A stretch of 64,000 bases of DNA from the IMG/VR virus record IMGVR_UViG_3300028596_000009, positions 102,824 to 166,823 of that record; one strand, 5' to 3'. The position numbers were made by a program, and so were the translations under genes. Below the pieces are notes generated by a model, which was not told the DNA's origin, made no database searches, and worked only from the letters and a program-made list of their open reading frames with translations. This stretch comes from a virus. Positions 28,498 through 36,518 of the stretch are shown one piece after another; positions within the stretch are counted from its first letter, which is position 1; each line of letters begins with the position of its first letter.

Positions 28498-28932
28498 CTA
28501 GTCCTCCTGACCGGTGTAGGACGAGAACCTGGAAGGAAGCGGCTTCCCCTCCCAGATGTTGTGAGCCGAGACGTACCTGGTTTCACCCGGGCGCGCCTTC
28601 CTCTTCGCCCTGCCGTCACCGGAGACACTGTCCCTGTCCTTCTCCAGCTCGGCACACGAGTAGCAGACGGACGACTTGACCGTGAACGCGATCTCATTGT
28701 TGGTGGAACGGCCCAGCCACGCAGGCGTGCCGCAGCCACCGCATGTCTCATCCTCAAGAAGAGTCAGCGCCACTGCCAGCATCTTGTTCCTCGGGTCGGA
28801 CCATCCCTTTTTGCACTTCTTCTCGTTCAGCAGGTCAAGAGGCGGAACTCCCCACGACCTCGCCGTCTTCAGCACCGGCACGGCCCACCGGTTCTGCGGC
28901 CACGTCAGCGCCTCCGCCAGGAAATCCGGCAT
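28498..28932 (-). CDS. Tail assembly chaperone, second frame (gpT-like)
   Basis: Between chaperone 1 and the tape measure gene; overlaps chaperone 1 in the +1 frame. Confidence 0.75.
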   Translation of the reverse strand: MPDFLAEALTWPQNRWAVPVLKTARSWGVPPLDLLNEKKCKKGWSDPRNKMLAVALTLLEDETCGGCGTPAWLGRSTNNEIAFTVKSSVCYSCAELEKDRDSVSGDGRAKRKARPGETRYVSAHNIWEGKPLPSRFSSYTGQED

Positions 28933-29662
28933 CGATCCGGCTCGCCCACTCGGCGGACGCGTCGAGCTTCTTGTTCAGGGCCGTCAGCAGGCGCATCAGC
29001 TCGGAGCTGATCAGGGCGTCGAGAAGGCTGCCGAAGCCGTCCTGCGACGGCACAGAACGCAGCGGACGGACGAACTTCTCCCCACGCTCCTCGGCCGCCT
29101 TCTCCAGCTTGTCGCTGCGCTCCTTCTCCGCCGGGGTCTCCCAGCCGATGCAATACGCAGTGAGCTGGTGCAGCAGAAGCATGCGGGTGCGGCCAGTGAT
29201 GTGCTCGACGTCCGTCTCGTCGAACTTCCCGTTGACCTTCGAGTACTCCTTGTCGGCCTTGCGCAGCACCTTGCCGAACTTGTCCGGGGTGCTCGACCTG
29301 AAGTGGAGGATCATGGCGGTGCTCCAGATCTTCTGCTTCAGAGCATCCATCTGGGGTTCGAGGTCGGCGACGTTCCGCTCGAACGTGTCGATCTCCTCGG
29401 CTATGTCGGAGAGCTGGTCGTCGCCCATCGACATGGTGCCGCTCTCCATCAGGAGGCGCTGCTTCTCCCGAAGAGAACGGATCATCTGGACGTCGGCCTC
29501 GTACTCGTCGATGAGGTCGGCCAGTTCCGAACCGGCGGCCTGGTCCAGGTAGACCCGGTGCCAGAACGAGGGGAAGGTCGACTTCCCCGCCACGTAGTCC
29601 TCGAAGCTGAAGTTGTCCGAGCCCGGCACCTGGTCGAGCCCGGACTTCTTCTCGTCGTTCAT
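28835..29662 (-). CDS. Tail assembly chaperone (gpG-like)
   Basis: Position after the major tail gene. Confidence 0.75.
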   Translation of the reverse strand: MNDEKKSGLDQVPGSDNFSFEDYVAGKSTFPSFWHRVYLDQAAGSELADLIDEYEADVQMIRSLREKQRLLMESGTMSMGDDQLSDIAEEIDTFERNVADLEPQMDALKQKIWSTAMILHFRSSTPDKFGKVLRKADKEYSKVNGKFDETDVEHITGRTRMLLLHQLTAYCIGWETPAEKERSDKLEKAAEERGEKFVRPLRSVPSQDGFGSLLDALISSELMRLLTALNKKLDASAEWASRIDAGFPGGGADVAAEPVGRAGAEDGEVVGSSAS

Positions 29663-29760
29663 GCCATTCCCCTTGTAGATTTCCTGGTTCGAAAGCGGAT
29701 GCTTTCTTGTTCGCCGCCATCCACGGCGTCCTGCTTGAACCCGCCGGAAGCGGGCCGGTG

Positions 29761-30297
29761 TCAGCTACCGCAGATGCCGACCTGGACGATGCCGTCCGAC
29801 GACTCACCCTGCGCGTAGAACACGACCTCCATCTGCACCGGCGCCGTGGCGTCGTTGACGACGTTGGGGTCGCCGGACAGGAACTTGAACACGGTGATGT
29901 AGTCGCCGTCCGCCGCGTCCGGAACGTTGCGCGGGTGCTTGCCGATGCGCTGCACCAGGTAGCCGGGCTGGAGCGGCGTCTTGAACAGCTCCAGCGCCTC
30001 GTTGTACACCGACTCCGGCTTCGCGTCGCCGAGGTCCCGGTCGAGGAAGAAGTTGAGGGTGCCCTCGTAGTTCTTCTTCGTGGGGTTGGCCACGTTGGCG
30101 TCGTCGCACAGACCACCGGTGTCGTCGGTGTCGCGCTCGGTCCAGCCCAGCGTCAGGTCGGTGGTGAGGGCGCAGGAGATGTTCACACCCGCGTTGATCT
30201 CCGCCGCCGTCGGGCAGTTCACGTTCGCGATGCCCGCCGGGATGGGGACCCACCACACGGTCACATTTGGGGGCAACATTTTCACTTCGTTTGCCAT
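29761..30297 (-). CDS. Major tail tube protein
   Basis: PTAAEINAGVNISCAL, GYLVQRIG motifs typical of actinophage tail tubes; strong codon bias. Confidence 0.9.
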   Translation of the reverse strand: MANEVKMLPPNVTVWWVPIPAGIANVNCPTAAEINAGVNISCALTTDLTLGWTERDTDDTGGLCDDANVANPTKKNYEGTLNFFLDRDLGDAKPESVYNEALELFKTPLQPGYLVQRIGKHPRNVPDAADGDYITVFKFLSGDPNVVNDATAPVQMEVVFYAQGESSDGIVQVGICGS

Positions 30298-30399
30298 TGG
30301 TGGGTTCCCTTCGTGATCTCACCAGTGGTTTCGCCACACGAGGCAGCACGGTCTTCTGGTGAAGTCTAGATCGTCAGCCAGTATTGATGTCGGTACAGC

Positions 30400-30427
30400 A
30401 AAAAGCCCCCGACCGAAGCCGGGGGCC
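30400..30427 (-). terminator. Intrinsic terminator after the HNH gene
   Basis: GCCCCCGG-CTTCGG-TCGGGGGC-TTTTT on the minus strand. Confidence 0.8.
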
Positions 30428-30443
30428 TTGTGGAGGGTCAGGG

Positions 30444-31166
30444 CTACTTGCTCGCCCGCCAGTTGCGCTTCTTCTCGTTCACGCACGCACGACAGCGGCG
30501 GCGATTGCCTTCGCGAATCGTGTTCGCCTCGTCGTACGGGTGACCCTTCGGGCAGTGGGTTCTGAGGGTCTGATACCCACCCTTGCCCAGCTCGGGCTTG
30601 AGGCCGTGACGCTCCCTGTAGGTACGCGTCCGGTCAGCGCCATTGATCAGCGCCTCGACCTTCTTGCAGGCAAGACACTGCCGATGCCCGTCGGGCGTGA
30701 CATACGTGTTCGCTTCGTCGTACGAGTGACCCTTCGGGCACTTCTGCTTGCGAGCGTTCTGGGCCGTCGGGGCAACTCCCCGAAGCGTGTTCACCTTCTG
30801 GGTGACCGGCTCCAGATGGGCAGGGTTGCAGCAGGGCCGCATGCGGCACCGGTGGTCGAGTTCGAGACCTTCCGGAATGGGCCCCACCAGGAGTTCGTAG
30901 GCGTAGCGGTGGACCCTGACCATCGCTCCGGCGGCGATGCGGAAGACTCCGTAGCCACCATTGTTCAGGGCCCCGCCCCACATCCAGCACTCACCCTCTC
31001 CGGCCTTGTGGAGGTAGGCGTAGAAGCGCTTTTCATCAGAGCCGATGATCTTCGTCGACCTGGCGGGACGGTAGAGCTTGGTGTGCTTCTCGTAGTGCGG
31101 GGTGCACATACCCCACTTGTCGACCGACCCGAAGCAGTTGTCGTGCCAGCACGTACGATTGACCAT
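30444..31166 (-). CDS. Free-standing HNH homing endonuclease
   Basis: CWMW.G...GYG...HRYAY...LDHRC...CCNPAHL..VTQKVN; two C-terminal CPKGH.YDEANT...C.AC repeats. Confidence 0.9.
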   Translation of the reverse strand: MVNRTCWHDNCFGSVDKWGMCTPHYEKHTKLYRPARSTKIIGSDEKRFYAYLHKAGEGECWMWGGALNNGGYGVFRIAAGAMVRVHRYAYELLVGPIPEGLELDHRCRMRPCCNPAHLEPVTQKVNTLRGVAPTAQNARKQKCPKGHSYDEANTYVTPDGHRQCLACKKVEALINGADRTRTYRERHGLKPELGKGGYQTLRTHCPKGHPYDEANTIREGNRRRCRACVNEKKRNWRASK

Positions 31167-31284
31167 GTTGCGTCTCCTAACGCAGCCCGGCCCCGGAGTG
31201 TGTCCGCACTCGCGGGGCCTCTTGGTGAGAACAGTACACCCAAATCGCGGGCCGAATGGCCGGTAATTTCAAGGCCGTTACTAT

Positions 31285-31320
31285 TTGGTGGGTTCCAGGC
31301 ACCCACCAAACGGTGACATT
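31285..31320 (-). repeat. Permuted copy of the major tail gene 5' region (codons 11-18 plus RBS spacer)
   Basis: 31297-31320 matches 30244-30267 at 20/24 nt with all mismatches synonymous; 31285-31296 is identical to 30297-30308. Confidence 0.85.
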
Positions 31321-31328
31321 GACGGCTC

Positions 31329-31808
31329 CTAGCTGGAGTATCCGCTTCCGGTGGGTGCGGTATTGCCGACGACGCCGGAGAAGAAGATGGCCTTGTAGAA
31401 CCTGAGGCCCACGCCGATACCAGTAGGCAGCGGGTCACGGACGGCCGTCACACCGCCCTCGGCGAGTTCTCCCTGTCCGGCTGGCTGGAAGCCGGTGAGG
31501 ATGCTGCGGATCCTGTCCTCGAACTGGAGCAGCGACAGGCCGTTCGGCGCGACGACCTCCAGGGCGAAGGTGGCGGTTCGTGCGGACATGCCGGAGCCGA
31601 AGCCGCACAGGTCGCCGCTCTGGGTGCCGGTGAGGATGTCGGTGAGCTGGCCGAACCAGAGGATGGCGAAGGGCTTCACGAAACCCTGCGGATCGATGGG
31701 GATGTCGCTGGACTCCGGCACACCCTCCAGGAAGACCTTGTTGTTCGGCACGCCGCGCACGATCTCCTCGTAGATCGCGGTCTGCCAGTTGATGATCGAC
31801 TTGGTCAC
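31329..31808 (-). CDS. Tail terminator protein
   Basis: Size and position before the major tail gene; GGAGG RBS, GTG start. Confidence 0.7.
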   Translation of the reverse strand: MTKSIINWQTAIYEEIVRGVPNNKVFLEGVPESSDIPIDPQGFVKPFAILWFGQLTDILTGTQSGDLCGFGSGMSARTATFALEVVAPNGLSLLQFEDRIRSILTGFQPAGQGELAEGGVTAVRDPLPTGIGVGLRFYKAIFFSGVVGNTAPTGSGYSS

Positions 31809-31812
31809 GGGG

Positions 31813-32226
31813 TCACCGGCCGCCGAGCCTGGAGCGGAGCTGGGCCAGGACCATGTTGTAGGCGTCGAACACGGCATACATCGGCTCGATGCCCTTACGT
31901 GTGCCGAACTCCTGGAAGGGCGCGTAGTACGGCGCCATCTCCTCCCAGCCGAAGCTGATCTTCAGGATGTCGGTGCCGAAGTCGCCGGTGCCCGTCACCT
32001 GCCTCTTCATGGCACCGGTGTCGACCCTCGACTTGGCCCGGACGATGCCCTCTCCCCGGCGCCGCATGTTCGACATGTCGAGGATGAGCTGCCTGCGCGT
32101 CTTGTTCAGGTGGTCAATGACGAAGTCGTCCAGTGCCGCGTCCTGCGGACCGTGCGGGGAGCCGCCGCCGTAGTACCGCTGACCACCGCCGAAGCGGTAG
32201 TTGTACTTGAACTCGAAGCCCGTCAT
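31813..32226 (-). CDS. HK97 gp10-like tail completion/neck protein
   Basis: RVDTGAM...YAPFQEFGT motif. Confidence 0.8.
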   Translation of the reverse strand: MTGFEFKYNYRFGGGQRYYGGGSPHGPQDAALDDFVIDHLNKTRRQLILDMSNMRRRGEGIVRAKSRVDTGAMKRQVTGTGDFGTDILKISFGWEEMAPYYAPFQEFGTRKGIEPMYAVFDAYNMVLAQLRSRLGGR

Positions 32227-32236
32227 GGCTGCCTCC

Positions 32237-32767
32237 CTATCCGCAGTTGCAGCCGCTCGTGATGGGCGGCGGGGCCTGCTCGAAGTTGGTTATCGGCTGC
32301 ATCTCGTACGGAGGGGGCAGCAGGTTGGGGTGTGCAACGTCCACGTCGCACAGGAGATTCCTGACCCACGGCCTCGACGACATCATCATGTTCCGGACGT
32401 GGAAGACGAAGTGAGTCAGCTCCTGGTCGGCGGGGGAGTCGATGACCCGGACGACGTCGTGCACATGGATCGGCGGGCAGGTCTTGATCTCGACCTGGAA
32501 GCGGACCGCGTGTGCCACGCCGGAGTCGCCTCGGATGGTCTTCACGCGGGCTCGCCAGTCCTTGTTGGTGGCGACGCGGGTGGGGCCCCGGTAGAGCAGC
32601 GTCATGGGCGGGGCGTCCACGCCGCCGGTGTCGGGGTTATAGGCGTAGCTGGCGGCGTCACCCACGCGCCGGAAGATTTCGCAGACGACGGACATGTGCC
32701 CGATCGGCACACTGCGCTGGTGCCAGCCCCAGCGTGGGTCGAGAGCCCTGCGGCTGTTCAGAGCCAT
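32237..32767 (-). CDS. Head-to-tail stopper (DUF6093-like)
   Basis: CEIFR...YNPDTG...LLYRGP.RV; synteny. Confidence 0.7.
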   Translation of the reverse strand: MALNSRRALDPRWGWHQRSVPIGHMSVVCEIFRRVGDAASYAYNPDTGGVDAPPMTLLYRGPTRVATNKDWRARVKTIRGDSGVAHAVRFQVEIKTCPPIHVHDVVRVIDSPADQELTHFVFHVRNMMMSSRPWVRNLLCDVDVAHPNLLPPPYEMQPITNFEQAPPPITSGCNCG

Positions 32768-32777
32768 GTCCGTCTCC

Positions 32778-33305
32778 TCACACGTGTCCGCTGCCGAACC
32801 CGGCGCCCCGGTCCTTCGAGCCGGAGCAGCCACAGGATCCGGTGTACGAGGTCATGCAGCACATCTGGGGGAAGCCCCGCAGGGAGTAGGGCAGGCAGTC
32901 CGCCGGGTACGGCTGGAAGTCGACGATGGCGAACGCGTACTCGTCCTCGATCTGCTCGTCGTCCTTGTCGGCTTCGTCGAGGAGCTGCTTGGCGCGGGCG
33001 AGGAGGGCGTTGGCCACCTTGGCGCCGTCGGTCTGGAGATCCTCGGTCTTGATGACCTTGGAGATCAGTGCCTCGGAGTTGGCCACGGCGCCGATGGCGT
33101 CGGCGGCTGCGCGCTTGATCCGGCCCGACGGTGACGGCCTGAGGCTGTAGAGGGCGAGCAGCCCGTTCAGGTGCGCGTCGGAGAACATGTACACCGGCAT
33201 GCCCTCGCCGGTGAAGTCCACCTTGTCGACGTCGGGGATGAGCGCCCGGACGATCCCGAGCGGAGTGGTGAAGTCCGGCGGGTACACGGACGCGTCGTCA
33301 GCCAT
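32778..33305 (-). CDS. Head-to-tail adaptor
   Basis: DFTTPLGIVRALIPD...FSD...AAADA..A.A.SEALISKVIKTEDLQTDGAKVA. Confidence 0.8.
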   Translation of the reverse strand: MADDASVYPPDFTTPLGIVRALIPDVDKVDFTGEGMPVYMFSDAHLNGLLALYSLRPSPSGRIKRAAADAIGAVANSEALISKVIKTEDLQTDGAKVANALLARAKQLLDEADKDDEQIEDEYAFAIVDFQPYPADCLPYSLRGFPQMCCMTSYTGSCGCSGSKDRGAGFGSGHV

Positions 33306-33327
33306 GCGTTCACAGTACCCGCGCAGG

Positions 33328-34215
33328 TCACCGGCAGCCGGGACACCGCCGAACGGCTCCGGATCCGTCGGGGTTGTAAGTCCCCCAGCAGCCACGGCAG
33401 ATGGCGAAGCTCTGTACGGCCCTCTGGTGGACGATCTCCGCCTCGTCCGACTCCTGGGGCCCAGAGGTACCTTCCGGACCGTCAGGGGGTGACTGGGGGC
33501 CGTCCTCGGCCCCGTCGCACCAGATCTCTTCCTCCCCGGAAATCTCTTTCTCCTCCTCGCCCGAGGCTCCGCCCGAGGGCACGACCACGACCGGCACGTC
33601 TCCACGAGAGGGAGTAAGAGGGAGAGAAGAGTCTTCTTCGAAGACAGTCTTCTTAGAGACTGCGGGGTGAGCCGACTGTCGGGTATCCCGGCACTCGGGT
33701 TCGCCCTTTTTGTCCGACTCGTCTTCCCCGAGTGCGGGTTTTCCGGCAGTCGGGCCGACCTGCGGGTTTTCCGGATCGTCGGCGTCGGCCTTCATGAGCT
33801 TCTCCATCCGCGCCCGGGCCCGCTTCACCGCCGCCGGGGTGGGCGGGATGACCCGGACGTCCTTCACCCCGGGCTCGTCCGCGATCTCGTTCAGGAGCGC
33901 CTCGACCTCGCCGTTGTGCGGCGGGGTGTCGTAGGTGATGATCTCGGTCGACCACTGCGCCGTGGCGGAGTCCTGCACGCGGACCTTCACGACGTATCGG
34001 GCGACCTGGAGCAGGCCCATGGCATTTGCCATCGCGTCGCGGCCGTATCCGTAGCGCTTACCCACGCGTTCCAGGGTGATCTCCCAGCCATCTTTCTGAC
34101 GCAGGAGCACCGTGAGAAGCGCCAGTGCCATGAAGTCCAGTTTGAGCGCATCGTCGATGGTTGCGTTCGGGATCATGGCGTAGCCGGGCTTCCGCCCGTG
34201 CCGGGTGCGTGCCAT
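33328..34215 (-). CDS. Winged-helix protein, replication-initiator-like
   Basis: GYAMIPN...LDFMALALL..LL...DGW.IT...GRDAMANAM..L....YV...R......QW pattern; disordered acidic C-terminus. Confidence 0.65.
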   Translation of the reverse strand: MARTRHGRKPGYAMIPNATIDDALKLDFMALALLTVLLRQKDGWEITLERVGKRYGYGRDAMANAMGLLQVARYVVKVRVQDSATAQWSTEIITYDTPPHNGEVEALLNEIADEPGVKDVRVIPPTPAAVKRARARMEKLMKADADDPENPQVGPTAGKPALGEDESDKKGEPECRDTRQSAHPAVSKKTVFEEDSSLPLTPSRGDVPVVVVPSGGASGEEEKEISGEEEIWCDGAEDGPQSPPDGPEGTSGPQESDEAEIVHQRAVQSFAICRGCWGTYNPDGSGAVRRCPGCR

Positions 34216-34304
34216 CAGTACTTACCCTCCGACCTGCGTAGATGCCCCTGAGGCAGATCGTGTTGTACGATGGCCACAGGGGTTGGTTGGTAGCCGTTCC
34301 CCAT

Positions 34305-34340
34305 AAACCCGGTCGTGCAGAAGCGGCCGGGTTTTCTCTT
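34305..34340. promoter_or_regulatory. Stem-loop in the divergent intergenic region
   Basis: AAACCCGGTCG-8nt-CGGCCGGGTTTT. Confidence 0.5.
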
Positions 34341-34502
34341 GGTCATCTTACCTTTGGGCCTGACATTGCCACCGAAAAGTGCCAGCCGGGTAGTCGCTTT
34401 TCATGGCCGGTTTCCTCTAGTGCAGGCCAGTGGCCCAGCAGTAGCCTGAGGGAAGGCGTGGCCAACGATTCATCCCTCGCGCGACGTGACCGGGAGGCAC
34501 TC

Positions 34503-34691
34503 ATGCCTGCGTTGTGCAACAAGAGCACGAACGAGAACCGCGAGCCGGAAGGTCCGGACGCGGAAATGACAGGCGAGGAGGCCGTCGCCATGTACAGGGA
34601 GTGGAGGGCCCGCGTCATCGGGGACCGCGACACTCGTGCACATGACATATTCGACCTCCTCGCCGCCACTCGCGAGGAACCGGGCTCCTAG
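34503..34691 (+). CDS. Small hypothetical protein
   Basis: GGAGG RBS; stop overlaps the convergent HATPase stop. Confidence 0.5.
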   Translation: MPALCNKSTNENREPEGPDAEMTGEEAVAMYREWRARVIGDRDTRAHDIFDLLAATREEPGS

Positions 34692-35089
34692 CCCACCACT
34701 TCGGCCCAGACCGTCTTGTCGCCAGAGTTGTTCGTCCAGCCCCACCGACTCGACAGAGCGTCGACCAGGGCGATGCCACGCCCCGACTCTTCGCTGAAGT
34801 CTGCCGGGATCAGCCGGGGTTCACGGGGGGAGCGGTCCGTCACTTCCAGGCGGACCGTTCGCTCACTGATCTTGGTGATGGTCGTACGGATTTTGCTCGA
34901 ATCCGTGTGGCCGATGGCGTTGGCCATCAACTCGGAGACGATCTGCTGGGTGTCGTCCACGAGTTCGTCCAGACCCCAGGTGTAAAGGGCCAGGCTCACG
35001 TCGTGACGGACCTGTCGTACGGAGGTCGGGCAGGACTCATAGATCTTTCCGTACTGCTGCGGTCCTACGGACGCTGCTGTCATGGTCAT
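34688..35089 (-). CDS. RsbW-like HATPase (AbaA-orfA-like ATP-binding protein)
   Basis: IVSELMANAIGH, LEVTD, EESGRGIALVDALSSRWG, KTVWAE. Confidence 0.9.
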   Translation of the reverse strand: MTMTAASVGPQQYGKIYESCPTSVRQVRHDVSLALYTWGLDELVDDTQQIVSELMANAIGHTDSSKIRTTITKISERTVRLEVTDRSPREPRLIPADFSEESGRGIALVDALSSRWGWTNNSGDKTVWAEVVG

Positions 35090-35367
35090 CGCGGCCTCGT
35101 TGCTCGCGTTGAGGGTGTCACGGCCTCAGGTGCCGTCTGCCGGTTTTGCCTTGGACTTTCCCCGTAGTGCACAAACGTCCCGTGCGGGGGACCCGGGTGG
35201 GCCAACCTTGCAGGGACGTAACGGTGTTGCCGGTATAGACAGAGTCTCGCGTACGTGCAGTAATGACAAGTGTCTCTGTGACATAATCTCAGAATCACGA
35301 ACATGCGTTCCAGTAGCGGAGGGCGCCGTTCGTCCAAGGAGAAGACGAAAGAAGCAGGAGAGAGCAC

Positions 35368-36225
35368 ATGGCATACAGGGGCGTCGCCACGATGCGGAAG
35401 CGGCTCGTCGGATCCCGACTTCGCAGGCTTCGCGAAGCGGCCGGGCTGAGCATCGAGGGCGTAGCCAAGGAGCTGGGCGTCAACAAGAGCGTCATCTACC
35501 GCCAGGAGACCGGCACCACCGCCACCTCCATCGCGGACGCCCGCGCCTACATCGGCATGTACGGCATCGACAACGAGGAAGAGGCCGAGCGTCTCGTCCA
35601 CCTCGCCCGGTCGTGCCGGACGCGCGGCTGGTGGTTCGCCTACGGGGAAACGGCCGGAGAGGAGCACGTCGATCTGGCCGACATCGAAGACCTTTCCACC
35701 GAGTTCCGCGTCGCGAACCTCAACGGACTCCACGCGCTGCTGGAGACCGATGACTTCGCTCGTGCCTCCATGGAATCCTCCCGCGCTGTCCTCGAAGAGG
35801 AGCAGGTCAACATGGAGGACGTTCTGACCCTCCGCCGGAAGAGGCGCGCGATCCTGGACCGCCCGAGCCCTCCGAAGGTCTGGGCCGTGATCGGGGAAGC
35901 CAGCCTCCACCTGGAGTTTTCCGACAAGGAAGTGATGACTTCTCAGATCAGGCACCTGATCGACTTGTCGGAACGCTCCAACGTCAGCCTTCAGCTCCTC
36001 CCCCTGAACAACCCCGCCAACCTGCTGGTCGCCGGATTCATTTCCATCATGGGGTTCGACGGGACCCCCGATGGATCTGTGGTACACACGTACCGTACTT
36101 TCAGTGATCACCCGGATCAGGTGAAGGTGGACCTGTCGCGCTTTTCTCAGGTCCAGTCGCAGGCCCTGTCCCGTGGTGAGACCCGCGTCCGCCTGGAGCG
36201 AATCCTCGCGGAACGCACCAAGTAG
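35368..36225 (+). CDS. XRE HTH + DUF5753 regulator (WhiJ/Scr1-like)
   Basis: RLVGSRLRRLREAAGLS HTH, RGWW..Y, ALLET..FARA, WAVIGEA.L, QIRHL, NVSLQLLP. Confidence 0.9.
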   Translation: MAYRGVATMRKRLVGSRLRRLREAAGLSIEGVAKELGVNKSVIYRQETGTTATSIADARAYIGMYGIDNEEEAERLVHLARSCRTRGWWFAYGETAGEEHVDLADIEDLSTEFRVANLNGLHALLETDDFARASMESSRAVLEEEQVNMEDVLTLRRKRRAILDRPSPPKVWAVIGEASLHLEFSDKEVMTSQIRHLIDLSERSNVSLQLLPLNNPANLLVAGFISIMGFDGTPDGSVVHTYRTFSDHPDQVKVDLSRFSQVQSQALSRGETRVRLERILAERTK

Positions 36226-36243
36226 CCCAAGGAGAACAACGAC

Positions 36244-36435
36244 ATGAACAACACCCAGGGCGCCACCGACTGGCACAAGTCCAGCTACAGCTCGCAGAAC
36301 GGCAACTGCGTCGAGCAGGGCATCATGGCCGACACCGGCGCCACTGCCGTCCGCGACACCAAGAACGACGGCGTCGGCGCGGTCCTGAAGTTCGACCGGA
36401 GCGCCTGGACCGCGTTCGTGTCCTCGGTGCGCTAG
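36244..36435 (+). CDS. DUF397 protein (BldB/Scr2-like)
   Basis: WHKSSYS...GNCVE...VRDTK...L.F...AW.AFV. Confidence 0.92.
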   Translation: MNNTQGATDWHKSSYSSQNGNCVEQGIMADTGATAVRDTKNDGVGAVLKFDRSAWTAFVSSVR

Positions 36436-36472
36436 GGTTCATCTACAGGTTCCTGCACGCGCACGCAGGGGG

Positions 36473-36511
36473 AAAAGCCCGGCCGACTTCGTTCCGGCCG
36501 GGCTTCTTCTT
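36473..36511. terminator. Bidirectional intrinsic terminator
   Basis: AAAAGCCCGGCCG-loop-CGGCCGGGCTTCTTCTT between convergent genes. Confidence 0.8.
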
Positions 36512-36518
36512 GTCCGGG

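Noticed and set aside
30298-31328. Group I intron around the HNH gene
   Set aside because: Both flanking genes are intact, there is an internal terminator, and I could not identify a catalytic core
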